From NCBI GenBank assembly GCA_028706295.1, contig JAQWBQ010000009.1:8110-72109 (forward strand): a stretch of 64,000 bases of DNA. Reading direction: 5' to 3'. The stretch comes from Bacteroidales bacterium. Lineage in GTDB: Bacteria > Bacteroidota > Bacteroidia > Bacteroidales > FEN-979. The first letter of the stretch is position 1. Each line of letters opens with the position of its first letter. Both the position numbers and the translations under genes were made by a program. Below, in pieces: positions 45,476 to 55,611 of this stretch. Below the pieces are notes generated by a model that searched no databases, had not been told where the DNA came from, and worked only from the letters and a program-made list of their open reading frames with translations.

Positions 45476-46411
45476 TCAGCGACGGTTTGATGATTTGAAC
45501 AGAAACTCCTTTTCCTCCCGCGTCAGGCAGTCATAACCTCCCTTTGATATTTTATCGAGAATTTCATCGACCCTGCGTTGTTGTTCGGCTTTATTCCTGT
45601 TATATTGTTCGTCAGAAACCGGTCTGCCCGTATTGCCAGGTTCATAATAGCCGCTCTTTTTCCCGCTGAACCTGCTCCTGAACCGGTTCCTGAATGACTG
45701 ATAACCGGGGTCCATGGTGCCGGATCGCGACAAACGGTAGAACTGAGTATAAAGGAATCCGAATACCGCGCCACCGATATGTGCCAGGTGTCCGCCTGCA
45801 TTCCCGCTGGGAATCATGAAAAAATCAAAAACAAAGAGAATTATGGCCAGGTAAAGGATCCGTACCCTTCCGAAAAAGAGGAGTTGGATCTGGTACTGCG
45901 GAACATAAAACGAAATGGCAGAAACAATGGCCATGACGGATGCGGATGCGCCAAGGGCAAAGGAAACCGGAACCATCTCTTCGAATACCGGAAACATGTT
46001 GAATGAAAGGATGAAAACAAGTCCTCCGGTAAGTCCGCCTAAAAGGTAGACGGCCACCAGGTTCCGGTCTGACAGGAATTCCGTAAAAATCCTGCCAAAC
46101 CAATAGAGCCACAACATGTTAAACAGCAGATGCCAGAATTCCAGATGCAGGAACATGTAGGTGAAGGCGGTCCAGGGTTTCCCGGCCAGCGTTTGAAGCG
46201 AAGCAGGCACCGCGAAATTATGAAGGATATAATTATTAAGTACCTGATTTTCGGGGTGGATAAAGAAGAAGAGCAGTACCTTCGCTGCCTGGATCAGGAT
46301 CCAGATTCCAATGTTGATCAGCAGGAACACAGAAAGGGCAGATCCAGATCGGAAAAATCTTTTCAATTCCTCCATTACGGGATGGGGTTGATTATAGGAA
46401 TAATTCATCAT
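45476..46411 (-). CDS. Rhomboid intramembrane protease with C-terminal soluble tail
   Basis: YMFLH..WHLLFNM, GASAS, AHIGG; tail RRVDEILDKISKGGYDCLTREEKEFLF. Confidence 0.9.
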   Translation of the reverse strand: MMNYSYNQPHPVMEELKRFFRSGSALSVFLLINIGIWILIQAAKVLLFFFIHPENQVLNNYILHNFAVPASLQTLAGKPWTAFTYMFLHLEFWHLLFNMLWLYWFGRIFTEFLSDRNLVAVYLLGGLTGGLVFILSFNMFPVFEEMVPVSFALGASASVMAIVSAISFYVPQYQIQLLFFGRVRILYLAIILFVFDFFMIPSGNAGGHLAHIGGAVFGFLYTQFYRLSRSGTMDPGYQSFRNRFRSRFSGKKSGYYEPGNTGRPVSDEQYNRNKAEQQRRVDEILDKISKGGYDCLTREEKEFLFKSSNRR

Positions 46412-47244
46412 AGCAACGGGCCGGCTTTTTTTCTCCAGTAGAGAATCAAAAAGAAACCAAAGATCATACCCCCGAGGTGGGCGAAATGCGCCACGTTATC
46501 ATTCGGGTTGCTCGAAAGTCCCGATACCAGTTCAATAACACCATACAGGATGACAATCCATTTTGCTTTGATCGGGAAAAGAAAATAGATAAAAACCAGC
46601 ATGTTGGGGAACATCATACCGAAGGCGAGTAAAATTCCGTACACGGCTCCGGATGCACCGATGGTCGGGACATCCATCTGCATCCGGATAAGCTGTCCTA
46701 TATATTCGACCGATTGATTCAGGTAAGCGGGATTCGTCTTGTCGAGGTTCCAGGTCTGAATGAATTGGAGTATGGTTCCTTCCGCTTCATAATAATTCGG
46801 ATAGTGATTCCGGACGAATGCGATAAATGCATCGATCGAAGGGGCATTCTGGTAAGCTTCGGCAGCCACCTGAATAGATGAGATGTCCAGCCAGTTCACA
46901 AAGGTCTGTACCAGGGCAGCTCCGATGCCGGTAATCATATAATAGGTCAGAAACCGTTTGGGTCCCCATACATTTTCCAAAAGATAACCGAACATCCAGA
47001 GGGCGAACATGTTAAAGAAAATATGGCTCACGTTGGCATGAAGGAACATGTAGGTGACATACTGATATGGCAGGAAGAGTTCTGACTGAAAATAGTGAAG
47101 GCCGAGCAGATTTTCAAGATCGATGCCGAAAGCGGATTGAAATGAGATGGTAGCAAGAAAAAACAAACCATTGATGATGAGGAGGTTTTTCACTACCGGT
47201 GGCAGCAGGCTGAATCCGGCCGGGCTGTATTGTTGTGTCATCAT
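46408..47244 (-). CDS. Rhomboid intramembrane protease
   Basis: YMFLH..HIFFNM, GASGA, AHFAHLGG. Confidence 0.92.
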   Translation of the reverse strand: MMTQQYSPAGFSLLPPVVKNLLIINGLFFLATISFQSAFGIDLENLLGLHYFQSELFLPYQYVTYMFLHANVSHIFFNMFALWMFGYLLENVWGPKRFLTYYMITGIGAALVQTFVNWLDISSIQVAAEAYQNAPSIDAFIAFVRNHYPNYYEAEGTILQFIQTWNLDKTNPAYLNQSVEYIGQLIRMQMDVPTIGASGAVYGILLAFGMMFPNMLVFIYFLFPIKAKWIVILYGVIELVSGLSSNPNDNVAHFAHLGGMIFGFFLILYWRKKAGPLL

Positions 47245-47250
47245 TCTGAA

Positions 47251-49101
47251 TCAGGTGATTTTAAGTTTATGTATAAGGTCACTGAAGGGAAGTACCATCA
47301 TGACCGGTTTTCCGTCGGGTGACAGGTCCGGAACCTGGCAGGCAAAAAGATTCTCGATGATCGAATCGATCTCCTCCGGATGAAGGCGGGTTCCGCGTTT
47401 AACTGCAAGACGGCAGGCCATCGCTTTTGCAAGTTTCTGGTCTTTTGACAGTCTGGCGTCCTGAGCAGGCGTCTTCAGGCTTTCAAGGACCGACTCGATA
47501 AAGGGTCCTACCTCGTTGGGCGGCACGTCCGGTGGAAGTGTATGTACCAGAAAACTGTTCTTCCCAAAATGGCTGATCTCAAATCCCAGGTTCGAAAAAT
47601 GGGAGATCCATTCCTGTAAAAGCCGTGTGTCATCGGGATTCAGGGTGATGGTCGGGGGCAGTAAAAGGTGTTGTCCCTGGATTTTTTCCGGTTGATTGGT
47701 CTTCAAAAACCGTTCATAAAGGATTCGTTCATGGGCACGATTCTGATCCAGGATCACAATTCCGGTTTTTGTGTGCGTGATCAGAAAGGTGGCATTGACC
47801 TGGATGTTCACTTTTTTATCCCCGGTTACCGACGGCCTGGAAGCAGGAACTTCCGGTTGGTTTTCAGGGAACAGAGGAGGATTATCGGATCCGGATCCCG
47901 GTTTTGGCAATGCTGCATACATTTCATTCCAGGCATGGATGGAATCATGCGAGGCAGGGTGATGGGTTCCCTTATCCGGAGCTGGTCTTTGCGTCGTGAA
48001 AGGATTATAGCCCGGGGTGACGGTAATGGTCGGTTGCCTGACCTGGTAACCTGCCGGCAGGGGTGGGGGATCCATTCCGGGCTCTTTCTCAAAATCAAGG
48101 GAAGGTGCGAGGTTGAATCTCCCGAGCGATTGCCTGACTGCTGCGTGCAGAATGGCATAAATGCTTTTATTATCCTGAAAATTTATTTCGCTCTTTGTCG
48201 GATGAATGTTCACATCGATGGTATGGGGATCAACCTCCAGAAAAATGAAATAGGAGGGGGTTGAGTCATCGGGTATCAGTTCTTTAAAAGCAGTTTCGAC
48301 TGCATGATGAAAATAGGCGTTCTTCATAAAACGCCGGTTTGTGAAAAAGAACTGTTCACCGCGTGTTTTTTTAGCGAATTCGGGTTTACCAAGAAATCCC
48401 GAAATATTTACCATCGGGGTTTGTTGTTCGAGCGGGATCAGTTTTTGTCCGTAAGAGGAGCCGTACAGATTGAGGATCCTTTCTTTCAAATGCCCGGATG
48501 GCATCTGGTACAGAATTTTATCCTGATTATAAAAAGTAAAGGAAACATGCGGATTCACAAGTGCAACCCTGAAAAATTCATCCAGAATATACTTAAGTTC
48601 AAGGTTGTTCGATTTCAGAAAACTACGACGGGCAGGAACGTTGAAGAACAGGTTTTTAACGCTGACAGAGGTGCCATCCGGGCAATTCACCGGAAACTGG
48701 GCTTTAACTTCGGTTCCTTCGATTTGAACACAGGTTCCGATTTCATCGCCCCTGCGTTTGCTCTTGAGTTCTACCTGCGAAACCGCGGCAATGGAGGCAA
48801 GCGCCTCGCCTCTGAATCCCAGTGTCTGAATAGCAAGCAGGTCATCGGCTTTATGAATTTTGGAGGTAGCGTGACGTTCAAAGCACATACGGGCGTCTCG
48901 TTCCGACATTCCACAGCCATTATCTATGACCTGGATCAGCATCTTTCCCGCATCTTTCACGATCAGTTTGATATCGCCCGCTCCGGCATCAATGGTGTTT
49001 TCCATTAATTCTTTGACAACCGATGCCGGGCGCTGAACAACTTCGCCTGCAGCGATCTGGTTTGCAATTGCATCGGGTAAGAGGTGAATCAGATCAGTCA
49101 T
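47251..49101 (-). CDS. mutL: DNA mismatch repair protein MutL
   Basis: NQIAAGEVVQRPASVVKELMEN, DNGCG, HATSKI, GFRGEAL, DVNIHPTKSE. Start is ATG 49101. Confidence 0.97.
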   Translation of the reverse strand: MTDLIHLLPDAIANQIAAGEVVQRPASVVKELMENTIDAGAGDIKLIVKDAGKMLIQVIDNGCGMSERDARMCFERHATSKIHKADDLLAIQTLGFRGEALASIAAVSQVELKSKRRGDEIGTCVQIEGTEVKAQFPVNCPDGTSVSVKNLFFNVPARRSFLKSNNLELKYILDEFFRVALVNPHVSFTFYNQDKILYQMPSGHLKERILNLYGSSYGQKLIPLEQQTPMVNISGFLGKPEFAKKTRGEQFFFTNRRFMKNAYFHHAVETAFKELIPDDSTPSYFIFLEVDPHTIDVNIHPTKSEINFQDNKSIYAILHAAVRQSLGRFNLAPSLDFEKEPGMDPPPLPAGYQVRQPTITVTPGYNPFTTQRPAPDKGTHHPASHDSIHAWNEMYAALPKPGSGSDNPPLFPENQPEVPASRPSVTGDKKVNIQVNATFLITHTKTGIVILDQNRAHERILYERFLKTNQPEKIQGQHLLLPPTITLNPDDTRLLQEWISHFSNLGFEISHFGKNSFLVHTLPPDVPPNEVGPFIESVLESLKTPAQDARLSKDQKLAKAMACRLAVKRGTRLHPEEIDSIIENLFACQVPDLSPDGKPVMMVLPFSDLIHKLKIT

Positions 49102-49135
49102 CTCCACAAAAATACCGAAAAAATTGATGCGGCAA

Positions 49136-49143
49136 CGAAATTA
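49136..49143 (-). promoter_or_regulatory. Possible -7 element for mutL operon
   Basis: CGAAATTA on + equals TAATTTCG on - (one mismatch), 34 nt upstream. Confidence 0.45.
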
Positions 49144-49325
49144 CCGGCCGGGGAACTCAGGCTATCCATATAAATGCATAAGGAAAGCTGCTTTTCAATG
49201 TAAATAGTAACAGCTTTTTCAGCATGCATGCATGAAAAGGACTACCTTTCGAAGGTACACCCGAAAAAGAAAGGATCATTATTGTTGTGATATGGTTCTA
49301 TCAGAGCCGGATCACGGCTGTTCTG

Positions 49326-49886
49326 TTAAAACCTGGATTTGTCCAGAACCGGAAACCTCATCAGGGTGAGGTAATAGGCTCCGTAGAACACAGCGCTGTA
49401 AAAGATTGTCCCGAGAACATCATTCATAAAGAATGAGATTCCGTAGGTGGCATCACGGAAGAACAACAGGCCGGCGACATAACATTCGATGAGGCCGCCA
49501 AAAGTCTGGGGGTACATCGGATTGCCTACCCACGATGCGAAGTTGGTTATCACGAAAAAGATAACCGACGACGACAAGGAGGCAAGCAATACGGAGCCCA
49601 CCTGGACCTTTTTCCGTATGCTCATACCTATCAGCACCGTAATGGCAAAACTCATATAAACCGCGGGCATGTTGGCATGCAGTCCTATAACGAGATCGCT
49701 TATGAACATCGCGGCGATCGGAAGGGCGAAAGCGTATTGCTTTCTGTCGAAATAGGTACCGGCGAATAGCGCCATAGCCGCGATCGGCGTGAAATTTGGC
49801 CAATGCGGTAACAACCTTAACAAGGCTGCAGTTAAAATAACAGTTACAACAATAATAAATCTAGGATTGATAGATTTATATTTCAT
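49326..49886 (-). CDS. DUF6580-family putative transport membrane protein
   Basis: RLLPHWPNFTPIAAMALFAG, FISDL, FFVITNFASW..YPQTFGGLIECYVAGL.FF. Start is ATG 49886. Confidence 0.78.
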   Translation of the reverse strand: MKYKSINPRFIIVVTVILTAALLRLLPHWPNFTPIAAMALFAGTYFDRKQYAFALPIAAMFISDLVIGLHANMPAVYMSFAITVLIGMSIRKKVQVGSVLLASLSSSVIFFVITNFASWVGNPMYPQTFGGLIECYVAGLLFFRDATYGISFFMNDVLGTIFYSAVFYGAYYLTLMRFPVLDKSRF

Positions 49887-49910
49887 TAATATATTATGAT
49901 TTGGTTGAGA

Positions 49911-49970
49911 CAAAAATACTAAATCATTTGAATAAAAGTCAAGTTACCCGGAAATTTGTTTTTATTTTTG
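49911..49970. promoter_or_regulatory. Divergent -7 elements for DUF6580 (-) and amidohydrolase (+)
   Basis: CAAAAATA 49911-49918 (TATTTTTG on -) and TATTTTTG 49963-49970. Confidence 0.65.
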
Positions 49971-49999
49971 ACGAACGATCTTTAAACCAATTAATTAAA

Positions 50000-51634
50000 A
50001 TGAGAAATTTTTATTTTTTGTCCATTTTTATTGCATTTTCTATGATTTCAGGGTGTACGATTCAAAACAAGGATGCCGATCTCCTGGTTTATAACGGACG
50101 GATATACACCGTCGATTCATCAGGTCAGGTGGCAGATGCCATGGCCGTGAAAAACGGGAAAGTGCTGGCAATCGGCACTTCATCCGCATTGTTCAGGGAA
50201 TATGATTTCAAGGATACTTTAGACCTGCAGGGAGGATTTGTTTTTCCGGGTTTTATTGATGCGCATTGTCATTTCTTTGGTTATGCACTGAGCCTTCAGT
50301 ACATTGATCTGAAAGGAAGTTCCTCATTCGAAGAAGTACTGTCGCGCCTGGAACAGGCCGGGAAACAGAAGCCCGACAGCTGGATTGTGGGCCGTGGCTG
50401 GGATCAGAATATCTGGCCCGTCAAAGTCTTTCCCGATAACCAGCGATTGAACCAATTATTTCCGGAAAACCCTGTTTTGCTGATACGGATCGACGGTCAT
50501 GTAGTACTTGCCAATGAGGCGGCACTGAAAGCTGCAGGGATGGAGCGGTTTTCGACTTTTCAACCCGGTGAAGTCCTCATGAAAAATGGAAAACCGACCG
50601 GGATCCTTTCCGAAAACGCTGCTGATCGCATTCGGGATATGGTTCCGGTCCCGCAGGGAGATCAATTGGCAGCGTTGCTCCGGCAGGCAGAAAGTAATTG
50701 TCTGAATGCCGGTTTGACCGGTGTTTCTGACGCCGGACTCGATTATGACCGGGTTATGCTGATCGATTCCCTTCAGAAAAAAGGTGTACTGAAAATTTTT
50801 GTAAATGCCTGGCTGACGCCTAATCCCGTCAACCTTGAGAAGTTCGTTGCTAAAGGGCCTTACCTGACGGAATGTTTAAGCGTCCGATCGATAAAAATAT
50901 ATGCTGATGGAAGCTTGGGCAGCAGAACTGCCCGGCTTAAAAGACCTTACAGTGATGATCCTTCAACCTCCGGCGTAATCGTGACCTCACCCGATTCGGT
51001 TCTGAAATTGTGCCGTTTGGCATATGATCATGGTTATCAGATTAATACCCATTGTATCGGAGATTCAGCCGTGGCGATGATTCTTGATCTTTACAGCCGC
51101 TTTCTGAAGGGTAAAAATGATCTGCGGTGGCGTATTGAACATGCCCAGATCGTGGATCCCCGCGATTTTCACCTGTTCGGAGAATATTCGATTATTCCCT
51201 CCATACAGGGAACCCATGCGACCTCGGATATGAAATGGGCCGAACGCAGGGTTGGATCGCTCAGAATGGAAGGTGCTTATGCATACCGGACGCTCCTCGC
51301 TCAGAACGGATGGATCGCCAATGGGACCGATTTTCCCATTGAGCACATTGATCCCGTTATGACTTTCTATGCTACTGTCAGCAGAAAAGACAGGGAAGGA
51401 AATCCGGAACAAGGGTTTTACCCGGAAGAGGGTTTGTCAAGGACCGATGCCCTGCGATCCATGACGATATGGGCGGCAAAAGCCGGTTTTTCGGAAAAGG
51501 TGAAGGGAAGCCTTGAAACAGGGAAGGATGCCGACTTTGTGATCCTGGACCGTGATCTGATGGAGGTTTCTGAAATAGATATTCCTGAAACCCGCATCGT
51601 GGGCACTTTTATCCATGGACAACGTGTAAAATAA
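50000..51634 (+). CDS. Amidohydrolase 3 (YtcJ-like) lipoprotein
   Basis: Lipobox ISGC; PGFIDAHCH, GRGWD, RIDGH, ADGSLGSRTA, HCIGD, RIEHAQ, NGTDFP. Start is ATG 50000. Confidence 0.9.
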   Translation: MRNFYFLSIFIAFSMISGCTIQNKDADLLVYNGRIYTVDSSGQVADAMAVKNGKVLAIGTSSALFREYDFKDTLDLQGGFVFPGFIDAHCHFFGYALSLQYIDLKGSSSFEEVLSRLEQAGKQKPDSWIVGRGWDQNIWPVKVFPDNQRLNQLFPENPVLLIRIDGHVVLANEAALKAAGMERFSTFQPGEVLMKNGKPTGILSENAADRIRDMVPVPQGDQLAALLRQAESNCLNAGLTGVSDAGLDYDRVMLIDSLQKKGVLKIFVNAWLTPNPVNLEKFVAKGPYLTECLSVRSIKIYADGSLGSRTARLKRPYSDDPSTSGVIVTSPDSVLKLCRLAYDHGYQINTHCIGDSAVAMILDLYSRFLKGKNDLRWRIEHAQIVDPRDFHLFGEYSIIPSIQGTHATSDMKWAERRVGSLRMEGAYAYRTLLAQNGWIANGTDFPIEHIDPVMTFYATVSRKDREGNPEQGFYPEEGLSRTDALRSMTIWAAKAGFSEKVKGSLETGKDADFVILDRDLMEVSEIDIPETRIVGTFIHGQRVK

Positions 51635-51659
51635 AGAAGGCCGCCCGTAGAGGCAGCCT
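51627..51659 (-). terminator. Intrinsic terminator (minus strand)
   Basis: On - reads AGGCTGCC-TCTACG-GGCGGCCT followed by TCTTTATTTT, between convergent genes. Confidence 0.7.
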
Positions 51660-51684
51660 CCTGAACAAATAGGCAACCTGAAGC

Positions 51685-52326
51685 CTACTTAAGTTGTTTA
51701 CAGAGAAATTTTCCCAATTGTTTTCCGGCTGATTCAAAGCATTCGGAAATCCTGAGTGTCGCATCATAAGCTTTTTTGTCAACCGAAACCCCTCCGACCG
51801 ACATTGAAGGTGAGGTCTTTGGTTTTACGCTTTCCATAAGAATAGTGGCAAGCACCTTGCCGGGGGTGGCGGTTTCAATCAGGTCGACTGAAAGGTCGAT
51901 GGAAGCAGATTTTGCGGTGCCCATGACAATGGTCTCTACACCCTGTTCCACGTAGGTTACATGGACGACCAGGGTGTATTTGGCTGAAGGATCGGAAACG
52001 CCGGAAAGTCCGCAATCTTTTGATTGTTTGTTAAAGTCCTCCTCGAAAGCCGGTTGATATTTTTCTGTTTTGGCCGCTTTCCATTTTTCAGCCCACATCT
52101 CTCCGGTACCAGGGTCTTTTGCATTTCTGTCGGCAATCCCTTTTTTCAGATAATCGGCTTCATTGTCGAATTTTCCGACCACCATGGCCGAATAATCGTA
52201 CTGGATGTTTATGGCTGACTGGCCTTTAAGGTCCGAGATGCTGCCTGTCTTAATTTTTTGCCCGAAGGTGGTCCCGGCTGAAATTATTAATGCCAGGAAA
52301 AAAAGTAATAAGAATGATTTTTTCAT
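51685..52326 (-). CDS. Secreted/periplasmic hypothetical protein
   Basis: Signal TFG|QK; own -7 element at 52365-52372; no recognisable catalytic motif. Confidence 0.75.
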   Translation of the reverse strand: MKKSFLLLFFLALIISAGTTFGQKIKTGSISDLKGQSAINIQYDYSAMVVGKFDNEADYLKKGIADRNAKDPGTGEMWAEKWKAAKTEKYQPAFEEDFNKQSKDCGLSGVSDPSAKYTLVVHVTYVEQGVETIVMGTAKSASIDLSVDLIETATPGKVLATILMESVKPKTSPSMSVGGVSVDKKAYDATLRISECFESAGKQLGKFLCKQLK

Positions 52327-52396
52327 GGTTTTGAGTTTTGTTTAGGTTTCTAATTTTATTTAGACAAAATTACAATAATTTTGAATTCCTGTACCT

Positions 52397-53719
52397 TTAG
52401 TTTGAAACATTCCCGTTTTTTTCTCGGTTATCGATAAATTTAACCGGTTTCCGGCTCATTTCGGGGCTTTGCATTTTCAGAATTTTTGCCTCTGGTTCGA
52501 ATGAAAGGAGGGGTGCAACGCGCAGTTTGGCTCTGAAGTGGTCTTTGATATCTTTCTCTTTTTCTTCACCGATTCCCTTGCAACTCAGGTGGATCAGAAT
52601 TTCGTCCGTTCCGATCTGGTTCGTATAGACCTCCACGATGTAATTCGTCACGTATTCGATATTATCTAGAATGTCGTACAAAGCGGGAGGGAAAAGGGTT
52701 GTTCCTTTGTACTTGATCATCTGGTTTTTCCGACCGATGACCGGACCGAGTCGCATGGTGGTTCTTCCGCAGGAGCAAGGATCTTTGTAATGATGACAAA
52801 CATCTCCTGTTTTGAACCGGATCAGCGGCATGCCCTCAACGCCGAGGGTGGTTATCGTCACTTCTCCCAATTCGCCTTCTTTTACCGGTTGATCAAGGTC
52901 ATTCAGAAACTCGACAATGATTAGTTCCGGGTGATGGTGGCCGCCGCAGCCTTCGGTACATTCGGTGAAAGATGTTCCCATTTCGGTTGAGGCATAGGTA
53001 GAATAGAGTTTAATCGGCCATTTGTCGAAAATTTTCTTTCCGAGCGTATTCAGGGAGAGGTCTTTTTTTCGAAGTGGTTCTCCGATGCAGATTGCGCTTT
53101 TAATACTGCTGGAGCGGTAGTCAATGCCATGTTGTTCGGCGTAGTCAATGATTTTAAGGATGAAGGATGGGACGGTTACGATGGCGTTGGGTTTGATGCG
53201 TCCGATGGTATCCCACTGTAGCTCAGGTATCCCGTTTCCGACCCTGACGACGCTGGCCCCCAACATTCTGATACCGAGAAAATAAGCCAGGCCGGCCATG
53301 AAACGACGGTCGATGGTGGTCATTAACTGGTAAATGTCGGATGCGGAGCCACCCGCACAGGTAAAGGAGATGGCCTCATTGTATGCCAGGCGGTCCAGGT
53401 CTTTATCGGTCATGGCAAAAGTGACCGGATCCCCCAATGTTCCGGAAGTGGTTATATAATCGATGATCCGGTCAGCAGGAACACACAGGAAATCCCGGTT
53501 GTATTTTTGAAGGTCTTCCTTGTTGGTAACCGGGATTCTTTTCAGGTCGCTTACCGACCTGATCCGGTCCACGTCAATATGGTTCAAGGAAAACAGATTC
53601 CGGTAGAAGGGTGAATTTTGCCAGGCATAATTCAGGGCTTCCCGGAGTCGATGGTCCTGATAAGCGGCAATTTCCTCAAGCGGTTTCTGTTCAATTGCCG
53701 GGAAAAATAATTGATTCAT
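52397..53719 (-). CDS. Phenylacetate-CoA ligase (PaaK)-like adenylate-forming enzyme
   Basis: AWQNSPFYR, TTSGTLGDP, YASTEMG, IRFKTGD, GRKNQMIKYKG. Confidence 0.88.
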   Translation of the reverse strand: MNQLFFPAIEQKPLEEIAAYQDHRLREALNYAWQNSPFYRNLFSLNHIDVDRIRSVSDLKRIPVTNKEDLQKYNRDFLCVPADRIIDYITTSGTLGDPVTFAMTDKDLDRLAYNEAISFTCAGGSASDIYQLMTTIDRRFMAGLAYFLGIRMLGASVVRVGNGIPELQWDTIGRIKPNAIVTVPSFILKIIDYAEQHGIDYRSSSIKSAICIGEPLRKKDLSLNTLGKKIFDKWPIKLYSTYASTEMGTSFTECTEGCGGHHHPELIIVEFLNDLDQPVKEGELGEVTITTLGVEGMPLIRFKTGDVCHHYKDPCSCGRTTMRLGPVIGRKNQMIKYKGTTLFPPALYDILDNIEYVTNYIVEVYTNQIGTDEILIHLSCKGIGEEKEKDIKDHFRAKLRVAPLLSFEPEAKILKMQSPEMSRKPVKFIDNREKNGNVSN

Positions 53720-53742
53720 GAAAAATTTGAAGTACGGGGTTG

Positions 53743-54432
53743 TTAAATTTTAATACCGATCATGATCTTAAAGACGGAGGTCTCAATGGTCTGACTTGGT
53801 TTGCTTTTATTGAAATTATCATATTTCATCTCTCCGAAACTGTATTGGGCGGAGAACAACATCACGCTGTACCGGATGTTCATTCCGATCTCATTTTGCA
53901 AAAAATTCATCCCGTACTTGGAGAAGTTGGATTCGCCGATCCCGTCCCATTCGTCATAATGATAGGCAAAGTTTGCATTGATCTTGTAAAAGATATCGAT
54001 CATCAGCCGGTCGACCGGATTGATGGTAAACACGGGACCGAATTTTTGACCTCCATACCAGTAGTAGTGGTCGGTCGGTTTGTTCGGATCGACCGGGTTG
54101 GTTGAATTGAACCACAGGGAAAGGAATGTGGCGTCGAGTCCGGCGCGCAGGTGGTTATTGGCAAACGCGGGCCCAAAATAGATCAGAAACCCCATATCGA
54201 AAGCCCCGCCGATCTTTGCAGGCAGGTAGTTTAACCCGGTGACTGACTGGTTTCCGGATGTGGGATAAACATGTTGTCCCAGGGCATAATTGCCGATCGG
54301 GAATACTGGTCCCAGGCTGAAGTAAAACCCGCTGTTAATCCGGTTTTTATTATAGGTTGGTTCATCCTGGGCATTCCCTGTCAGCGGTATCAGCAGGGCA
54401 AACAAAACGTAAATAATTGCAGCTCTTTTCAT
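53743..54432 (-). CDS. Hypothetical small outer-membrane beta-barrel protein
   Basis: Signal GNA|QD; alternating hydrophobic strands (GFYFSLG, FDMGFLIY, IGMNIRY, FKIMIGIKI); -7 element at 54454-54461. Confidence 0.55.
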   Translation of the reverse strand: MKRAAIIYVLFALLIPLTGNAQDEPTYNKNRINSGFYFSLGPVFPIGNYALGQHVYPTSGNQSVTGLNYLPAKIGGAFDMGFLIYFGPAFANNHLRAGLDATFLSLWFNSTNPVDPNKPTDHYYWYGGQKFGPVFTINPVDRLMIDIFYKINANFAYHYDEWDGIGESNFSKYGMNFLQNEIGMNIRYSVMLFSAQYSFGEMKYDNFNKSKPSQTIETSVFKIMIGIKI

Positions 54433-54513
54433 GGATTAGTTCTGAAAATTTGTCAAAATTACATCTTATCATTATTGTTTGAGTACCAAACTTCAATTTA
54501 TTCTGAATCTTGT

Positions 54514-55599
54514 TCAGTGCGGGTAGTTATACCGGTCCATGAACAAGGTCAGTTTATTGGCAATGATTTCTTTATCGACTGATGAAAGTGTGAACTCATT
54601 TTTTTTAAAATCGGCATTGGAGCCCATGTAGTTTTTTATTTGACGCTGCAGATCTTCAGGAAAGGGATGACCCATTCCCGTGTAGAGATCCCGGAGAACA
54701 GAGACGGTATCTTTTTCAAGATCTTCAAACCTGATTTCGAAGAAATTACACGGTCTGATCAGGTTCCGGTCCTTTTCGATGGTATGGAGCAGAAACTCCA
54801 GGAACCCGGCAACCGGTTCCGTACTGAACCGGCACTTGAATTTTGTAAGTGCATTTTGTTTCTGAACAATATTCCACATGTTGATGGTAGAGGGCACAAC
54901 ATTGTAAGGATGCCGAAGGATGTGAATAAATTTTGCATCCGGGAAGCGTTCGGTCAGGAATTTGATGCGGAATGAGTTGAACGGATTTTTAGAGACGATG
55001 GTTCGGGAGTTACCCATCTGAAGTTTGGCAAAGTAACGAACCAGGTTTTCACTCCAGTTAACAAGGAGTTCATCGGCAGGTAAAAACGGCAGGTCATTTT
55101 TCAGGAAGTAAGAGGAAGAGGTCGGGAATACCAGTTTCTCCAGCGGGGAGTAGTTTGTGAGGCGGTAAATCGCGTACTCATCCTCCTGGGGTTCGTCCAT
55201 TCCGATCCTGACCATATCCATCGGGCGGTGCTCGTCGATCAGGGTTTTGAAGACCGGTTTGTAGTATTTATAGGACAAAAGAAAACTATCGGGTATGGCT
55301 ACCTGAAACAGGGTAGGGGCAAGCATGGAGGGATCCAGGCTCAGGAGTTTATGAAGGAGTGTGGAGCCGGTTCGCCAGTGACCGATTATGAAGATGGGAT
55401 TTCTGGGTGGGATCGCTTCAGCCAGTTCCTTTCCAAACCTGATTTTTTCAGCCGTTGCGAACAATGAGGACCAGACCGAGCTTTGAAAGAGGAAAAACAT
55501 CCGGGACAGTGTTGCCGGAGTATAAGAGATTCTGTTCCTGCGAAGTAAGCGGACAAGCTGGCCAAAAGTGATTCCGGCAGTCAGATAGGAATCTTTCAA
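54514..55599 (-). CDS. PAPS-dependent sulfotransferase
   Basis: 5'-PSB IFIIGHWRTGSTLLH, 3'-PB FIHILRHPYNVVPS, PQEDE, VSKNP, FEDL. Confidence 0.9.
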   Translation of the reverse strand: MKDSYLTAGITFGQLVRLLRRNRISYTPATLSRMFFLFQSSVWSSLFATAEKIRFGKELAEAIPPRNPIFIIGHWRTGSTLLHKLLSLDPSMLAPTLFQVAIPDSFLLSYKYYKPVFKTLIDEHRPMDMVRIGMDEPQEDEYAIYRLTNYSPLEKLVFPTSSSYFLKNDLPFLPADELLVNWSENLVRYFAKLQMGNSRTIVSKNPFNSFRIKFLTERFPDAKFIHILRHPYNVVPSTINMWNIVQKQNALTKFKCRFSTEPVAGFLEFLLHTIEKDRNLIRPCNFFEIRFEDLEKDTVSVLRDLYTGMGHPFPEDLQRQIKNYMGSNADFKKNEFTLSSVDKEIIANKLTLFMDRYNYPH

Positions 55600-55611
55600 G
55601 ATTGTCCTGAA

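Noticed and set aside
46640-46880. Long soluble insert in the first rhomboid
   Set aside because: Catalytic GASG/H are intact and, from memory, such loops are common in Bacteroidota rhomboids of the mutL block.
49887-49999. Cobalamin riboswitch for DUF6580
   Set aside because: The spacer is only about 110 nt, is AT-rich, holds two promoters and has no B12-box.
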